From the IMG/VR virus record IMGVR_UViG_3300049043_000348, positions 1 through 60,985 of that record: a DNA stretch of 60,985 nucleotides; one strand, given 5' to 3'. Below, in pieces: positions 33,101 to 42,360 of this stretch. Numbering within the stretch: position 1 is the first letter of the stretch; each line of letters begins with the position of its first letter. The notes beneath the pieces were generated by a model that was not told where the DNA came from, did no database searches, and saw only the letters and a list, made by a program, of their open reading frames with translations. The stretch is from a virus. Taxonomy: Duplodnaviria; Caudoviricetes. Position numbers and translations under genes: made by a program.

Positions 33101-33568
33101 GGAAGATACGGTATCGACATTTAAATATCTTGGTCTATTATATGCGTCAGTCCAGTATAAAAGGTTTCCGTCTCCAGCCTCCCTATAAACCATAACCACA
33201 GAATGAACTGGATAATTTGGATCAAAATTTAAAACATCTGTCGCACTATCTGTTCCGCAGATAAATACAGGAGAGATGGCTTCCGTTTCCGTATCTAAGA
33301 CATAAATACCATTATCTCCGTTGCTATTCCAGTTAAACCAATAAATCTTACTATTTAACGAATCAAAAAATGAACCTATGCAAATATTGTCACCAGCAGG
33401 TAAATCTTGGTTATTAATGACATAATTTCCCCTAACATTCTCAGCAGTAAGACCATTACCTCCACCATAAAAACGTAAATTTTTTGCGTATATATGCTGT
33501 GGCGCAAGTACGTTTTCTGGCAGGTCGTCTGTATTTAAGACTCCTGAAAATCTTTTTACCTCAATCAT
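30191..33568 (-). CDS. Tail stabilisation/muzzle-like protein (P22 gp10/crAss-type)
   Basis: FSGVLNTD start, LLYWTD.NRPRYLN, FAYRWVYENGE.STFS, beta-rich 1125 aa. Confidence 0.75.
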   Translation of the reverse strand: MIEVKRFSGVLNTDDLPENVLAPQHIYAKNLRFYGGGNGLTAENVRGNYVINNQDLPAGDNICIGSFFDSLNSKIYWFNWNSNGDNGIYVLDTETEAISPVFICGTDSATDVLNFDPNYPVHSVVMVYREAGDGNLLYWTDAYNRPRYLNVDTVSSLAPFTEDMLNAAKIPPLAPPGAGYGTDINITYNNVVNRYFRFAYRWVYENGEKSTFSPSSICPVLAVSQPQDPQFPVNGNYISIFDISTPSTNDFKSIEVYGQEYNGTTWGDFFLVTNLDRVAGLLPYTQTFNFYNDAIYTPISIAESGLRFDYLPDVANTMELLNGNVIIYGGITEGYDNLAREDVDVQITSTLQAGASSFPIVSKVWKWDQIERFGLIYFDKYGKTNGVISYLNNATDNTNFDVFSPQYPGQIGGSLPFPRIAASINHLPPDWAVSYQWVRQDASPQFFLQYVTSDYQTDSQYLYFCIEGLVYNNTANNFIPSYEFSPGDRVKILGEFVSTGMLTSGNVTAYLNQYDFQVLGVEERDMTAPNKLTKGSFIKVKKPSFVIPSYSKTTLIELYTPAPVVKDEEVIFYEWGKKYDIYEISGVKYHAGQTQNQTASQPALFSFDEGYLYCKLRNYPLYENYGIGSCGVIDRNYNDFQSSQANSNSKGWPINVNAKRKYLPVTVRWGGGYFQDSNVNELNRFFPQDIDTIDLAKGDIRRFKARDRILRVFQDRGTGQYGIYARFIQNNQGQSELVTTNTIITTNNIQYYAGVYGVSGYPTNLASSASADYFVDVVTGRAIRLSRDGLTDLGLIYKGQYYLSQLVTPYNQAIIGPGGYNSKVMGFFDFFENQYHTILQGTESSLTIEDQILSPNEKEYSIYLSGTAAEGDQVIITVTDNVSNTETYTYTCTAGESALDVLNGISNQFLTSQYFAANVFASSPYPYILINSLFNATFTVYTATIVHAAEGAYNFSFNESRNGFCSFYDYHPEWATGANDMVYTWLNGNIYKHNNTNYYCRFYGNDYNAEITVVFNSVIHAKKSWNSVAEIASAIWAVPSMYTNTYSYGTTKQQSSLVDAEFKLLEGNPSSAIKRDANSSGGKINGNFMKGNWLVAKFQKSNANNLVNLTEVSVRFTDSPLTIKS

Positions 33569-33849
33569 AGCGCAGCGGATTCGGTTAATATAATTTTGGT
33601 TTCATCTAACAATGTATAAGTCCAATTTAAATAAGACACTCTAGAATTTACGGCTCCATTTGGAAACATTACAGAATCACCTATTGAGTAGGCGCTATAA
33701 ATACTTACTTGGTTAATCTCTCCAAAAAAGATATTTGGGCTTGTTAATAAGCCGCTAACCGTACTAACGCTGTCACCAGCCCCGTATATTGAGACTATGC
33801 CGCTTGCTAATGTTGCCGGAAGAGTAGGGTATGGCATTTCTTTATCCAT
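33565..33849 (-). CDS. Possible divergent GroES-like protein
   Basis: SGLL...GEINQV...SIGDSVMF...YTLLDETKII. Confidence 0.4.
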   Translation of the reverse strand: MDKEMPYPTLPATLASGIVSIYGAGDSVSTVSGLLTSPNIFFGEINQVSIYSAYSIGDSVMFPNGAVNSRVSYLNWTYTLLDETKIILTESAAL

Positions 33850-34616
33850 TTATTCGCTAAGCCGCTGCGATTGCGAAGGTTCCATTCATACAAATCATTC
33901 AATCTAATAGGATCATATCTTGCGATAGCTACTCTACGTTCATTGTAGTATTCTACTCGTCTATCTCTTTTATCGCCAAGATTTCCCCTACGCGAAGAAG
34001 GGATTGATATCAAATCTTTCCAGCGTAAGTATGCGATGATAGCTTCTTTAAATTGTACGGGGAAGAAGTAGTCTTGTCCCTGCTGCGGAACAGAAACGTA
34101 TTCTAACATCACATATTCATATTCAAAATTTTCATCCAGTACAATAACGCCATTTGCATTATCAATCTTAAACGAACCTACAAATGGAGTTCCTGAAGGA
34201 AGACCGTATAAGTTAGAAAGTCCGTAGCCGTTCCAGTAATTCCACCACACAATACCTTGTGGGCTATAGCCTGTGAATACTGTTGGATCTTGTGTTTGAG
34301 AAAGACGGGTAGGCTGCATATCAAAAGCTGTAGTCAAGTTGTTGTTGACTGCAAGGGGTATGATTTCCCCCTGCGCATTTAAGATGCCTACTTTTGAATA
34401 GTTTAGGTAGTCTGCGGGAAGTGTTACCGTTAGGTTTGGATTAACAGGCAGCTTTATAGACTTAATAGCAAAAAAGAAATCAAGTCCTAATTCAGTTAAA
34501 GCTCGGTAAGCAAGATTCCACATCTTAAAATACTTGTGGTTGCCCTGCTCGGACTCATCCAGATAAGCGTAAATCGCTTCATCGAGGCTTACCCATTGTC
34601 TATTTTGCGTTGCCAT
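33807..34616 (-). CDS. Tail ring/adaptor protein
   Basis: VTLPADYLNYSKVG, VMLEYVS, EAIIAYLRW; 3' end probably frameshifted. Confidence 0.65.
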   Translation of the reverse strand: MATQNRQWVSLDEAIYAYLDESEQGNHKYFKMWNLAYRALTELGLDFFFAIKSIKLPVNPNLTVTLPADYLNYSKVGILNAQGEIIPLAVNNNLTTAFDMQPTRLSQTQDPTVFTGYSPQGIVWWNYWNGYGLSNLYGLPSGTPFVGSFKIDNANGVIVLDENFEYEYVMLEYVSVPQQGQDYFFPVQFKEAIIAYLRWKDLISIPSSRRGNLGDKRDRRVEYYNERRVAIARYDPIRLNDLYEWNLRNRSGLANKWIKKCHTLLFRQH

Positions 34617-34617
34617 A

Positions 34618-34882
34618 TTACTCTTTTGCTATAATTGCGTTTTGATCCATTATGTAATGTCTGTCTCCGTGAACATCTACTGGAGTTCCCCATTCCTTTA
34701 CGCGGTACACCACATCTCCAGCTACGAAAGGCATTTTTCTATCTCTAGTTCCTCTTCCCACAGCAACCACAAGAAGCTTGTTGCTTTCTTTTCTTGCTGA
34801 TTCTGGTACGAATATTCCGCCTTCAGAAATTTCGTCTGCTGGGAAAAGGTTTAACGAGAATATTGTTACGTATGGGCTGCAT
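34618..34882 (-). CDS. groES: Co-chaperonin GroES (Cpn10); one indel near 34845, missing from ORF track
   Basis: MQPIRNNILVKP...SEGGIFVPESARKE...VVAVGRG...AGDVV...GTPV.V.GDRHYIMDQNAIIA. Confidence 0.8.
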
Positions 34883-34886
34883 AGTA

Positions 34887-35520
34887 TTAGTTTACAGATA
34901 AATCTTGTCCGTCATTTGCCAAGTCTTTAGGCGTTGACTTCATTAATAGTAATTGTTTCTGAATGTACTCTAACATCACAGGAACATAATCACCCGGTAC
35001 ATTTAATGTGCTATTTAGGTCTGTAGAATCACCGCCTGAAACAAGTGTTACGCTAGCGGTATAGTTGCTCAATGCAAGAGAGCTTATAATAAAGGCACGA
35101 CTTCCCTCAACATAATAAAGAGTCTTAAAGGGAAGATTCTGTAATGATTGGAAATATGTTTTTTGGTTTTCTGTTAGGGGAATAAGTGGTTGTGATAAGT
35201 TTACCTTGACTATCTTTTAAAATAAAAGTAGATATACCTTCATTAGCTCCTATTCCTACAGGTATTTGCGGAAGGGTTACTTTCCATAATCCCGTTTCGT
35301 CATTAGAGATTGCAAGCCCCTTAAAAGTAGTGTAAAAGCTATTATTAACATAAGCAACACCATCTAATCTTAAATTGTCTGTATAGTTATTCTTTGCAGC
35401 AAAAGCAATAGCTTGGTCAATGTACTGATTAACAAGCATAGGCGTAATCGAAGAATCCTCTTGAACGTATCCTCCGTATACTTGCCTAAGAACCTGCTCT
35501 ATAAATTGCGATCTTAGCAT
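34887..35520 (-). CDS. Tail ring/adaptor protein (frameshifted)
   Basis: ORFs 35125-35520 and 34887-35072; C-terminal LNVP...D.AND. Confidence 0.55.
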
Positions 35521-36152
35521 TTTACAAAATTATTTAATAATTGATTTTTTTGCCTAAATAATTTCCTGATATGGCTTATGCACATACCAAAATAATTCTC
35601 AATATCTCTTGTTGCGTAATAAATACCTGTATTAACATTTAAAAAATATACAGTATTAGGATTTCCCTCACCACTATACTTAATAGACCTATCCTTTTTA
35701 AACTTATCAGACATTTTTCTCCCCTTTTTTAAAGCAGACATTTTCATTCTTGTTTCTAAAGAAACTTTATGTCCTTTTAAACTAGAAGAAATTTTTTTAC
35801 TTAAATCATCTCTGTATTTATCGTCTGTTTTTATTTTTTTAATATGGCAAAGCGAAGCCTCTTTTCTTGCTCTGCTTGAATTTCCGCCTACTATAGTATT
35901 ATATTCATAACTACCCGTTTCGGTGCATTCTTCTTCTTTTTTAAGCAGATAATCCAAATCGCCAGTTTCTATTTCGGTAAAAACAAAAGATTTTTCTCCA
36001 TAAAGATTAAAATCGTCTTGAATAACTTGAGGAGCGCTATTTCTTCTTAGCTTATACAAGTGAACAGCTTTTCTTCGATAGAACTTGTCATCGGTTACTC
36101 CAATATACTTCTTATTATTAGCCTTATTTAATATTTGATATAGTATTGCCAT
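35514..36152 (-). CDS. GIY-YIG homing endonuclease (NUMOD3)
   Basis: LYQILNKANNKKYIGVT; VSLETRMKMS. Confidence 0.85.
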   Translation of the reverse strand: MAILYQILNKANNKKYIGVTDDKFYRRKAVHLYKLRRNSAPQVIQDDFNLYGEKSFVFTEIETGDLDYLLKKEEECTETGSYEYNTIVGGNSSRARKEASLCHIKKIKTDDKYRDDLSKKISSSLKGHKVSLETRMKMSALKKGRKMSDKFKKDRSIKYSGEGNPNTVYFLNVNTGIYYATRDIENYFGMCISHIRKLFRQKNQLLNNFVKC

Positions 36153-36856
36153 TATTGACCTTGAAATTCTATTTGATTTGCATAGTTATTTACAGCGTTA
36201 AAGTCCAAGTTAACTCCAATGATACGAAGCGCACGAACTATAATTTCTAAGATTGAAACAATATCCCAAACAGGTTGCACACTTGTCGCTGCATTATATA
36301 CAGGAACTCCGTTTCCATCAAGGGTATATCCCCATATCATATCTGGTGGTTCAATGACATAAGAAATTCTTGCTTGCCCAATATTAAAAGGAGCAAACTG
36401 AAATCCGTTGTTTCGAATCATATAAACAGGCCAGCTTGCTATAGGATCAATCTTGCTGTTGTAGATTGAGTAAAAATAATGCTGCTGCACTTCTCTAATT
36501 CTCTCGTAGCCATACGCACTCCACATCGCATCGGTCTGAAGATAGTCTCCGTTGCTTGGCAATTGAGACGCAGCACTTGGATAAGGAGAGTAGCCGTTTC
36601 CGTCTACAGATAAAAATGCTTCGTAAATAATAGGGGTAAGCCTCTGACGCAGGACAGAATTTTGTCCAAACTCTACTCTTGCGACAGGGCGTCCCGGTTG
36701 ATATTGTTGAAAGTTGCCTAATAAATAAGACACATAGCTTTTTTGAGCTATGTTCATCGTATTATTAAAGTCTTCTGGTGAGACATAGCCTTGTTGAAGA
36801 TTCTTCCCCGTTATGTAGAGGACTAAATTATATACATCATTTACATTGTAGGCCAT
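36152..36856 (-). CDS. Tail ring/adaptor protein
   Basis: NKxQQGYVSPEDFN-like N-terminus; follows capsid genes. Confidence 0.65.
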   Translation of the reverse strand: MAYNVNDVYNLVLYITGKNLQQGYVSPEDFNNTMNIAQKSYVSYLLGNFQQYQPGRPVARVEFGQNSVLRQRLTPIIYEAFLSVDGNGYSPYPSAASQLPSNGDYLQTDAMWSAYGYERIREVQQHYFYSIYNSKIDPIASWPVYMIRNNGFQFAPFNIGQARISYVIEPPDMIWGYTLDGNGVPVYNAATSVQPVWDIVSILEIIVRALRIIGVNLDFNAVNNYANQIEFQGQ

Positions 36857-36873
36857 CTCTTTTTATTTAGTAA

Positions 36874-36902
36874 GGGGAAGATGCGGCTATCACATCTTCC
36901 CC
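36874..36902. repeat. Inverted pair of GGGGAAGATG motifs (10-bp hairpin)
   Basis: GGGGAAGATG-N9-CATCTTCCCC, intergenic. Confidence 0.8.
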
Positions 36903-36912
36903 CACATTAAAA

Positions 36913-37803
36913 TTACGAAATTTGTTGCAGTCTTTCCTTGAATATTCTCCCCTCTTCACTATTAGTCAGCGCAAGGTCAAGCAAATACTTGTCCGCATTT
37001 TCCGATTTAGAGTAAGAACCAATAAGCCCTCCTCCATTTGCCCAGTACACCCTTCCCGGCTCACGACCAATTTCAATCTTTGCATCCAGAATAGCTCGCT
37101 TAATAAACCAAGCCAATTCTACTTCTTTTGACTCTACAGTCTTTTGGAAGTATTCTGGATATCTTTTCGCATAAACAATATATTCCCTTCTAATTCCATC
37201 ATCTGTTTTTGGCATCCCAAGATCATCTATGAGTCTAAGACCAAGGAAGGCTGCGTGCTTGCGCATCTTTTCAGCATCCATTCCTTTAGCGATAATCGCC
37301 ATTTCAATCTCCATCTCCTCACGCTTCAGCGCATCTTCTTGCTCGCGTGCTGGATTGTACTCGTAAAACTCAAAGTGGCTTCCTGTCTTATTAGAAGGAG
37401 AACCAATATTATGTCTTGTGATACGCGCGAACTCAAGTGCAGTTGTATCCCACTCTGGAATCCGCAATATCTTTGTTCCACGAACAAAACTTAAAGAACG
37501 GAGGTTGTTCTTCGCGTATTCTGGCGTAACATCTTTTTGCTCCTTGAGCCATATTGTGTCAACGCCAGAAAGAAGTCTTACCCTTTCCATTCTTTTTGTT
37601 TCTGGATTAATTACGTCATCAATTCCCGGAACGTGAACACCACCTTTTCTTGTATTACTTACGAGTTTAAAGATGTGATACTTTACTCCTTGGTTAACTG
37701 GAGCTTCAAGTACTGGTCTCTGAACTTCGTGTTTTTGACGGTGTTGAGGGACTGCCGGATTTTCCCCCTGCAAACTAAATTGGACATCTGATAATTTTGC
37801 CAT
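36913..37803 (-). CDS. Structural-cluster protein
   Basis: 296 aa, downstream of major capsid gene. Confidence 0.6.
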   Translation of the reverse strand: MAKLSDVQFSLQGENPAVPQHRQKHEVQRPVLEAPVNQGVKYHIFKLVSNTRKGGVHVPGIDDVINPETKRMERVRLLSGVDTIWLKEQKDVTPEYAKNNLRSLSFVRGTKILRIPEWDTTALEFARITRHNIGSPSNKTGSHFEFYEYNPAREQEDALKREEMEIEMAIIAKGMDAEKMRKHAAFLGLRLIDDLGMPKTDDGIRREYIVYAKRYPEYFQKTVESKEVELAWFIKRAILDAKIEIGREPGRVYWANGGGLIGSYSKSENADKYLLDLALTNSEEGRIFKERLQQIS

Positions 37804-37863
37804 TGTTTTAATTTTTAATTGTTATTTTACCATTTAAGCTCAAAGGCCCCATTGTGGGCGGTT

Positions 37864-38730
37864 TTAATTTAGAGAATCTTTATAAACGAATCTGTACCCG
37901 TTACGCAAGGGTTTTCCGAGGTTAGCTGCATCCTTAATGGTTTGGTGCCACAATCCGAGAGCCGCTGCCGCCTCATTAGGATTTGAATACTCTACCACAT
38001 CTTCCCCAACATAACAAAGAACAGCACGTTTTTTAAGTAATAATTTAACTCCTGATATATCAATCTTCATTGGATAACCTTCTTCTCTTCTTCTAAAGAA
38101 ATAACCTTTGGTATGCTTTTGAACGCCATTAACAGTATCGTTTACGCATTTACGATCTAAGCCAAGAGCATCTGCCGCTGCCTTTATGTAAGGATATTCT
38201 CCTATAAAATCGCCATTTCGATCATAAGCAACAACTGGCACATATTGAGCTTCTTTCGCTTTTTTGTGACATTCGGCAGATGGTTTAACCCCATTAGCTT
38301 TATTGTACTCGCTTACACTTTTTGCAATTTTACGTTTTGTTTCCTCTAACAGCTTCTTACCCCAATTCGGAGCTTTTTCTCCTCGTCTTTGTTTGGCCCT
38401 TTCTACCCTGTTTTTATCATTCTTCCAAGACTCACGATAATCGCCTCCTCTTGTAAGATTCATACCTTCAAGGCTATCCTCAACGTAAGTTTTAAATTTA
38501 GCAACCCAATAAATTTCTTTTTCATTTAAAAGTTCTTTTGGAATATTATCCTCAACCACTTCAAAAACGTGGGCATCCCATCCGTATTTACGAATACTTC
38601 TTAGTATAAGACTTTTACCATCTCTTTTTCGTAAACTACGATACTGACGCTGCCTCCCTTTGGAGGTTTGAGCCGTTTGCCCTATATAAATTCTTCCAGT
38701 TGGACTTGTTATTTTATAAATTAATCCCAT
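37864..38730 (-). CDS. GIY-YIG homing endonuclease (NUMOD3/NUMOD1)
   Basis: IYKITSPTGRIYIGQT...GMNLTRGG...EETKRKIA...YIKAAADALG. Confidence 0.88.
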   Translation of the reverse strand: MGLIYKITSPTGRIYIGQTAQTSKGRQRQYRSLRKRDGKSLILRSIRKYGWDAHVFEVVEDNIPKELLNEKEIYWVAKFKTYVEDSLEGMNLTRGGDYRESWKNDKNRVERAKQRRGEKAPNWGKKLLEETKRKIAKSVSEYNKANGVKPSAECHKKAKEAQYVPVVAYDRNGDFIGEYPYIKAAADALGLDRKCVNDTVNGVQKHTKGYFFRRREEGYPMKIDISGVKLLLKKRAVLCYVGEDVVEYSNPNEAAAALGLWHQTIKDAANLGKPLRNGYRFVYKDSLN

Positions 38731-38745
38731 ATATTTTTTTTAAAT

Positions 38746-38771
38746 AAGGAGGTGAGTTTCCCCACCTCCTT
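38746..38771 (-). terminator. Probable intrinsic terminator after capsid gene
   Basis: AAGGAGGTG-N8-CACCTCCTT stem with AT-rich flanks. Confidence 0.6.
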
Positions 38772-38795
38772 TTTCGCTATCTCAAAAACACATTA

Positions 38796-40232
38796 TTAAG
38801 AAGCTTGAACTATAACGAATTGATTTGCAGCACATACGCGACTTCCTCGGTATGTAATCATCTCAACATTATCGTTCATTGTTCCAGTTGTGGGGTTCTG
38901 AGAACCGCCACCCCATTGCCATACGCGGATTCCATTACCTATGGTACCTCCCTTAGGTGGTTGTTGCATCATAATGGTAATGTTCTTGTAAAGCTTGCTC
39001 GCATCTTTTGCATCGCGAGTTTCTCCTTGAGGACAGATTAATCCGAAGTTACGGAAGAAGTCTGTAGTTGGAGTAACGCCAGATAAGAACTCGGTATTGA
39101 ACGGACGGTACTTCTTCACCTTAAAGTGGTAGCCATCGATAGAGATTGACTTACAACCGTAGTTGATAGCAGCCTCTTCAGACTTTTCGTTGTTACCCCA
39201 AACCCAAGCACCAGCAGGGAAAGCGGAGAACAATCCATCAGAGAAGTTTTGATTCTGATAGATGTCTTGCAACCACATATTCTCTGAAGTACATCCATTA
39301 ACGTCCATAATACGAGTGATTTCGTGCAACTTAGCAATATCCAAGTTACCCGGAGTGTAACCTACTGTTTCGCCATCAGCAAGTACTTTAGGGATGATAC
39401 CCTCAGAACCTACTGAAGTAGTAGTTGTTAATCCAGAGTTGTTTACGATATTACCACGCATTAACTTCATTTCTACATCATCCTTGAAACGGATATTAGA
39501 CTTTACAAGTCCTTTTAATGTAAATAAAGAAGTTCCAGCTTGCGCTCCACCTGCAGGAACGTCACCAGAGAAACCACCAGTATAGTATACTTCAGTCATC
39601 TCAGCAAGGTCAGTTGCAGAGAAAGTCTCACGCATCTCGGTAATGCTGTTAGTGTACTTCTCATCCAACTGAATCATTGGAGCGTTAGTAGAAGAAGCCT
39701 CACCAGCATCCATAATACCACCAAAGATTAAAACATCAGAAGCAAGGAAGCTTGCGCTACCAGCAGATGCTAAACTTTGAGTAGAGATTTTTGGACGAAC
39801 TGTGAATGTGAAAGCAGAAGGAACTGTGCTGTTGATTGTAAGGATTTCACCTTCTACGTTAGTAGAGGCAACACGTACAGTTTCACCTACGCGAAGTGGA
39901 GACTGAGTTCCGCTATTGTAGTGGAAACCAGCAGCCAAAGTCAACGTGATAGTGTTACCAGCGGTAGCAGCTACGTTAGCAGCAGCCTGTACACCAGTAA
40001 TCAATTTACCACGGTTTTCAAACCAGAAGTAATCACGGTTTTTAACTTCTTCCATTCCTGCGTAAGTAGCTAACCACCAAGTGAAGTCTTCGCTACCATA
40101 CTTTTCAACGTAGTTTTTGTAGTACTGAGGTGTCAATAGTTGAAGATCGGACACCAATTGTCTCGTAACACCACCGGTTAAACTTATATTACCCGGCTGA
40201 AGGATGTTCGAGGTAGGGATTCCAAGAGCCAT
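38796..40232 (-). CDS. Major capsid protein
   Basis: 478 aa after scaffold; DVEMKLMRG, SEGIIP, ending YRGSRVCAANQFVI; high-expression codon style. Confidence 0.8.
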   Translation of the reverse strand: MALGIPTSNILQPGNISLTGGVTRQLVSDLQLLTPQYYKNYVEKYGSEDFTWWLATYAGMEEVKNRDYFWFENRGKLITGVQAAANVAATAGNTITLTLAAGFHYNSGTQSPLRVGETVRVASTNVEGEILTINSTVPSAFTFTVRPKISTQSLASAGSASFLASDVLIFGGIMDAGEASSTNAPMIQLDEKYTNSITEMRETFSATDLAEMTEVYYTGGFSGDVPAGGAQAGTSLFTLKGLVKSNIRFKDDVEMKLMRGNIVNNSGLTTTTSVGSEGIIPKVLADGETVGYTPGNLDIAKLHEITRIMDVNGCTSENMWLQDIYQNQNFSDGLFSAFPAGAWVWGNNEKSEEAAINYGCKSISIDGYHFKVKKYRPFNTEFLSGVTPTTDFFRNFGLICPQGETRDAKDASKLYKNITIMMQQPPKGGTIGNGIRVWQWGGGSQNPTTGTMNDNVEMITYRGSRVCAANQFVIVQAS

Positions 40233-40268
40233 TTTTTTTAATTTTTAATTGTTCTGAAAATTGGTTTT

Positions 40269-41504
40269 TTAGCCATTTTTCCAAATAAACTCGATTTGCT
40301 TTTCCCTATCTGACTTTTGCTCTGGACTGAAGGTTTGTTGGGGTGTCCGGGAAGATACGGTAACGTTACTTGTTTTTTTAATATGCTCGGCAAGCCTTTT
40401 TGCTGCCGCATCATTTACAAACTTTTGATTGATTCTTCCTTCACTTTGAAGGAGCGCGAGGTCGCGCACAATCTGGTTTGTATTAAGTTCGTAACCACCT
40501 CTCCCATCTTCCTTTAACCACCTTTCAGCAAGTACTGCATTAGCGTCAAAGTTCGAATCAGCAAATCTTTCCAATTGTGAAGCCACGACATTCCTCTCTT
40601 CGTCAGACACGGAATAAGATAGCGGTATTTCAACTTCCTCGTCTTTTACCGAAACCGAAAAACCATCAAACGATTTCAACGCCGACTCCACATTTTTCTT
40701 GAACCCGTCAATCATAGCCACTTGAGCATCCAATTCTTCTTGGGTTGGCCCTTGTGCCTGATTTTGTGATTCAAATTGTATATCTGGTAAAACTAGCTCA
40801 CTTTTAAATCTCTCTAATTCGGGCTTTGCAAGCTTTGCCTCAATCATTAGTTCTGTCTCAACATCTCTTGCTCTGCTCTCCCAATTAGAAAGTCTGTCCT
40901 GATATTCCTCGTCTGTCTCGATGTCTTTTTGTACGGGACGATTTGGGATACCAAATTGTTTATTAAACTTATACTCTATTTCATCTCTTGTCAAGTCCTT
41001 ATACTTCTGCGCCATATTCAGCTTAATGATTTCGGCGGCAGTTGTATTATTAAGGTCTGTAGACGTAAGACGGTCTATTTTCTTTTTGTTCTCTAAGAAT
41101 GAGTATAAGTCATCTTCTTTTCCTTCTTGCAAGAGTTTGAAAAACTTCGCGCTCTGCTCGTTGGCAAATTCTATTTCTGATTGGGAAGATGCGGTTTCAC
41201 GTAACTTACGCAGTTCTTCTATTTCTGCTTTTGCTGCGTCTGCGCTTTCCCAATTAAATTCTCTTTTTAACCATTCGTCTGCGTCTACTATTTCTTCTTC
41301 GTATTCTTGTGTGTCGGGGGAAGATGTGGTAGTCGCTTGTTCTGGTTGTTGTTCTGTTGTTTGTTCAGACTGTGAAAGATCAGGTCTTTGCTCCGACCAG
41401 CTGTTATCAGAGAAAGGATTAAACGTCTGTACATTTTCTTGTACAGATTCTTGTACGTTTTCTTGTACTTCTGGTTGTTGTTGTGTGTTTGTTGTTTCTG
41501 ACAT
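40269..41504 (-). CDS. Scaffolding protein
   Basis: Acidic Q/E-rich, directly upstream of capsid. Confidence 0.7.
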   Translation of the reverse strand: MSETTNTQQQPEVQENVQESVQENVQTFNPFSDNSWSEQRPDLSQSEQTTEQQPEQATTTSSPDTQEYEEEIVDADEWLKREFNWESADAAKAEIEELRKLRETASSQSEIEFANEQSAKFFKLLQEGKEDDLYSFLENKKKIDRLTSTDLNNTTAAEIIKLNMAQKYKDLTRDEIEYKFNKQFGIPNRPVQKDIETDEEYQDRLSNWESRARDVETELMIEAKLAKPELERFKSELVLPDIQFESQNQAQGPTQEELDAQVAMIDGFKKNVESALKSFDGFSVSVKDEEVEIPLSYSVSDEERNVVASQLERFADSNFDANAVLAERWLKEDGRGGYELNTNQIVRDLALLQSEGRINQKFVNDAAAKRLAEHIKKTSNVTVSSRTPQQTFSPEQKSDREKQIEFIWKNG

Positions 41505-41525
41505 AACGTCTATTTATATTAACAA

Positions 41526-41960
41526 TTAGCTTAATGTTAAGCGGTAGATTGTCTTTGCACCAAGTCCACTTAGGTCTTGTGCTTTATTTTCAATGCTACA
41601 AAAATGCTTTTCTCCGCCATACTCGTATAGCTCGTAAGCAAAGTCCATAAGGTCTTTAACAAGCTTTACGGATGATTCGTGGCCGCCATACTTAGGTACA
41701 GGGATTCTAGTAAGTCCTGCAAGGCGTTTACCATCTAAATAACCCATTAGCTCTTCGGTAATATCATCAGCAAATTCGTCAAGTGCTTCGTACAACTTAC
41801 CGAGTGCATCGTGTTCCCATCCACCTTTAGTTTGATGATGGAAGTCGTGCGCAGCATCGCGGAAATAGAATAATCTGTCACGGATTTCTTCGGGTGTGAG
41901 GGAAGTCTTGGCCTTCACATCTTCCCCAGACATTCTAATTTTAGCAGTAATAGCCATCAC
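41526..41960 (-). CDS. Dps/ferritin-like protein
   Basis: HDFHHQTKG.WEHDALGKLYEALDEFADDITEELMG. Confidence 0.7.
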   Translation of the reverse strand: MMAITAKIRMSGEDVKAKTSLTPEEIRDRLFYFRDAAHDFHHQTKGGWEHDALGKLYEALDEFADDITEELMGYLDGKRLAGLTRIPVPKYGGHESSVKLVKDLMDFAYELYEYGGEKHFCSIENKAQDLSGLGAKTIYRLTLS

Positions 41961-42132
41961 TTTTTCTTTTTAGTTTTTAACTTAATTCTTTTTTCTTGCT
42001 TGAGCATCGCTTGAGTAGGAGCTTCTGGCGTAGCGCCTGTGCGTTTATTCTCTGCCGCCTTTCTTCTCAAATTATCCCAAAGTCCCCTTTCTGAGAATAG
42101 CTTCCGTCAGCTCTTTTAATCATTTCTTTCAT
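41957..42132 (-). CDS. Small basic protein (indel)
   Basis: MKEMIKRADGSYSQ.GLWDNLR...PTQAMLKQEKRIK. Confidence 0.5.
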
Positions 42133-42360
42133 TTCTATTGGATTTTCTTTATGCCATTTTTTAGTAGCCGCCACACCTTCTTTTACCGTCTTTGCTCCTG
42201 ACTTTTCAGTAAGATCTATTGTATCCCATTTCCCTTTGTCGGTAGTTGGATGATTGACCATAATATGGCCTTTTACTCCTTTACCGAGTCCGGTAGGACT
42301 TGTTTTTTTATAAACAACGTGGTTTTCGCCACCTGACTTAAATCTTACTTTAACTTTCAT
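42067..42360 (-). CDS. Hypothetical basic protein (true stop probably near 42130)
   Basis: IMVNHP...KWDTIDLT...VKEGVAATKKWH. Confidence 0.55.
   Translation of the reverse strand: MKVKVRFKSGGENHVVYKKTSPTGLGKGVKGHIMVNHPTTDKGKWDTIDLTEKSGAKTVKEGVAATKKWHKENPIEMKEMIKRADGSYSQKGDFGII

Noticed and set aside
40921-41529. Long opposite-strand ORFs (also 22883-23413, 14851-15228, 24179-24559)
   Set aside because: Ser/Phe/Leu-rich antisense shadows of real genes
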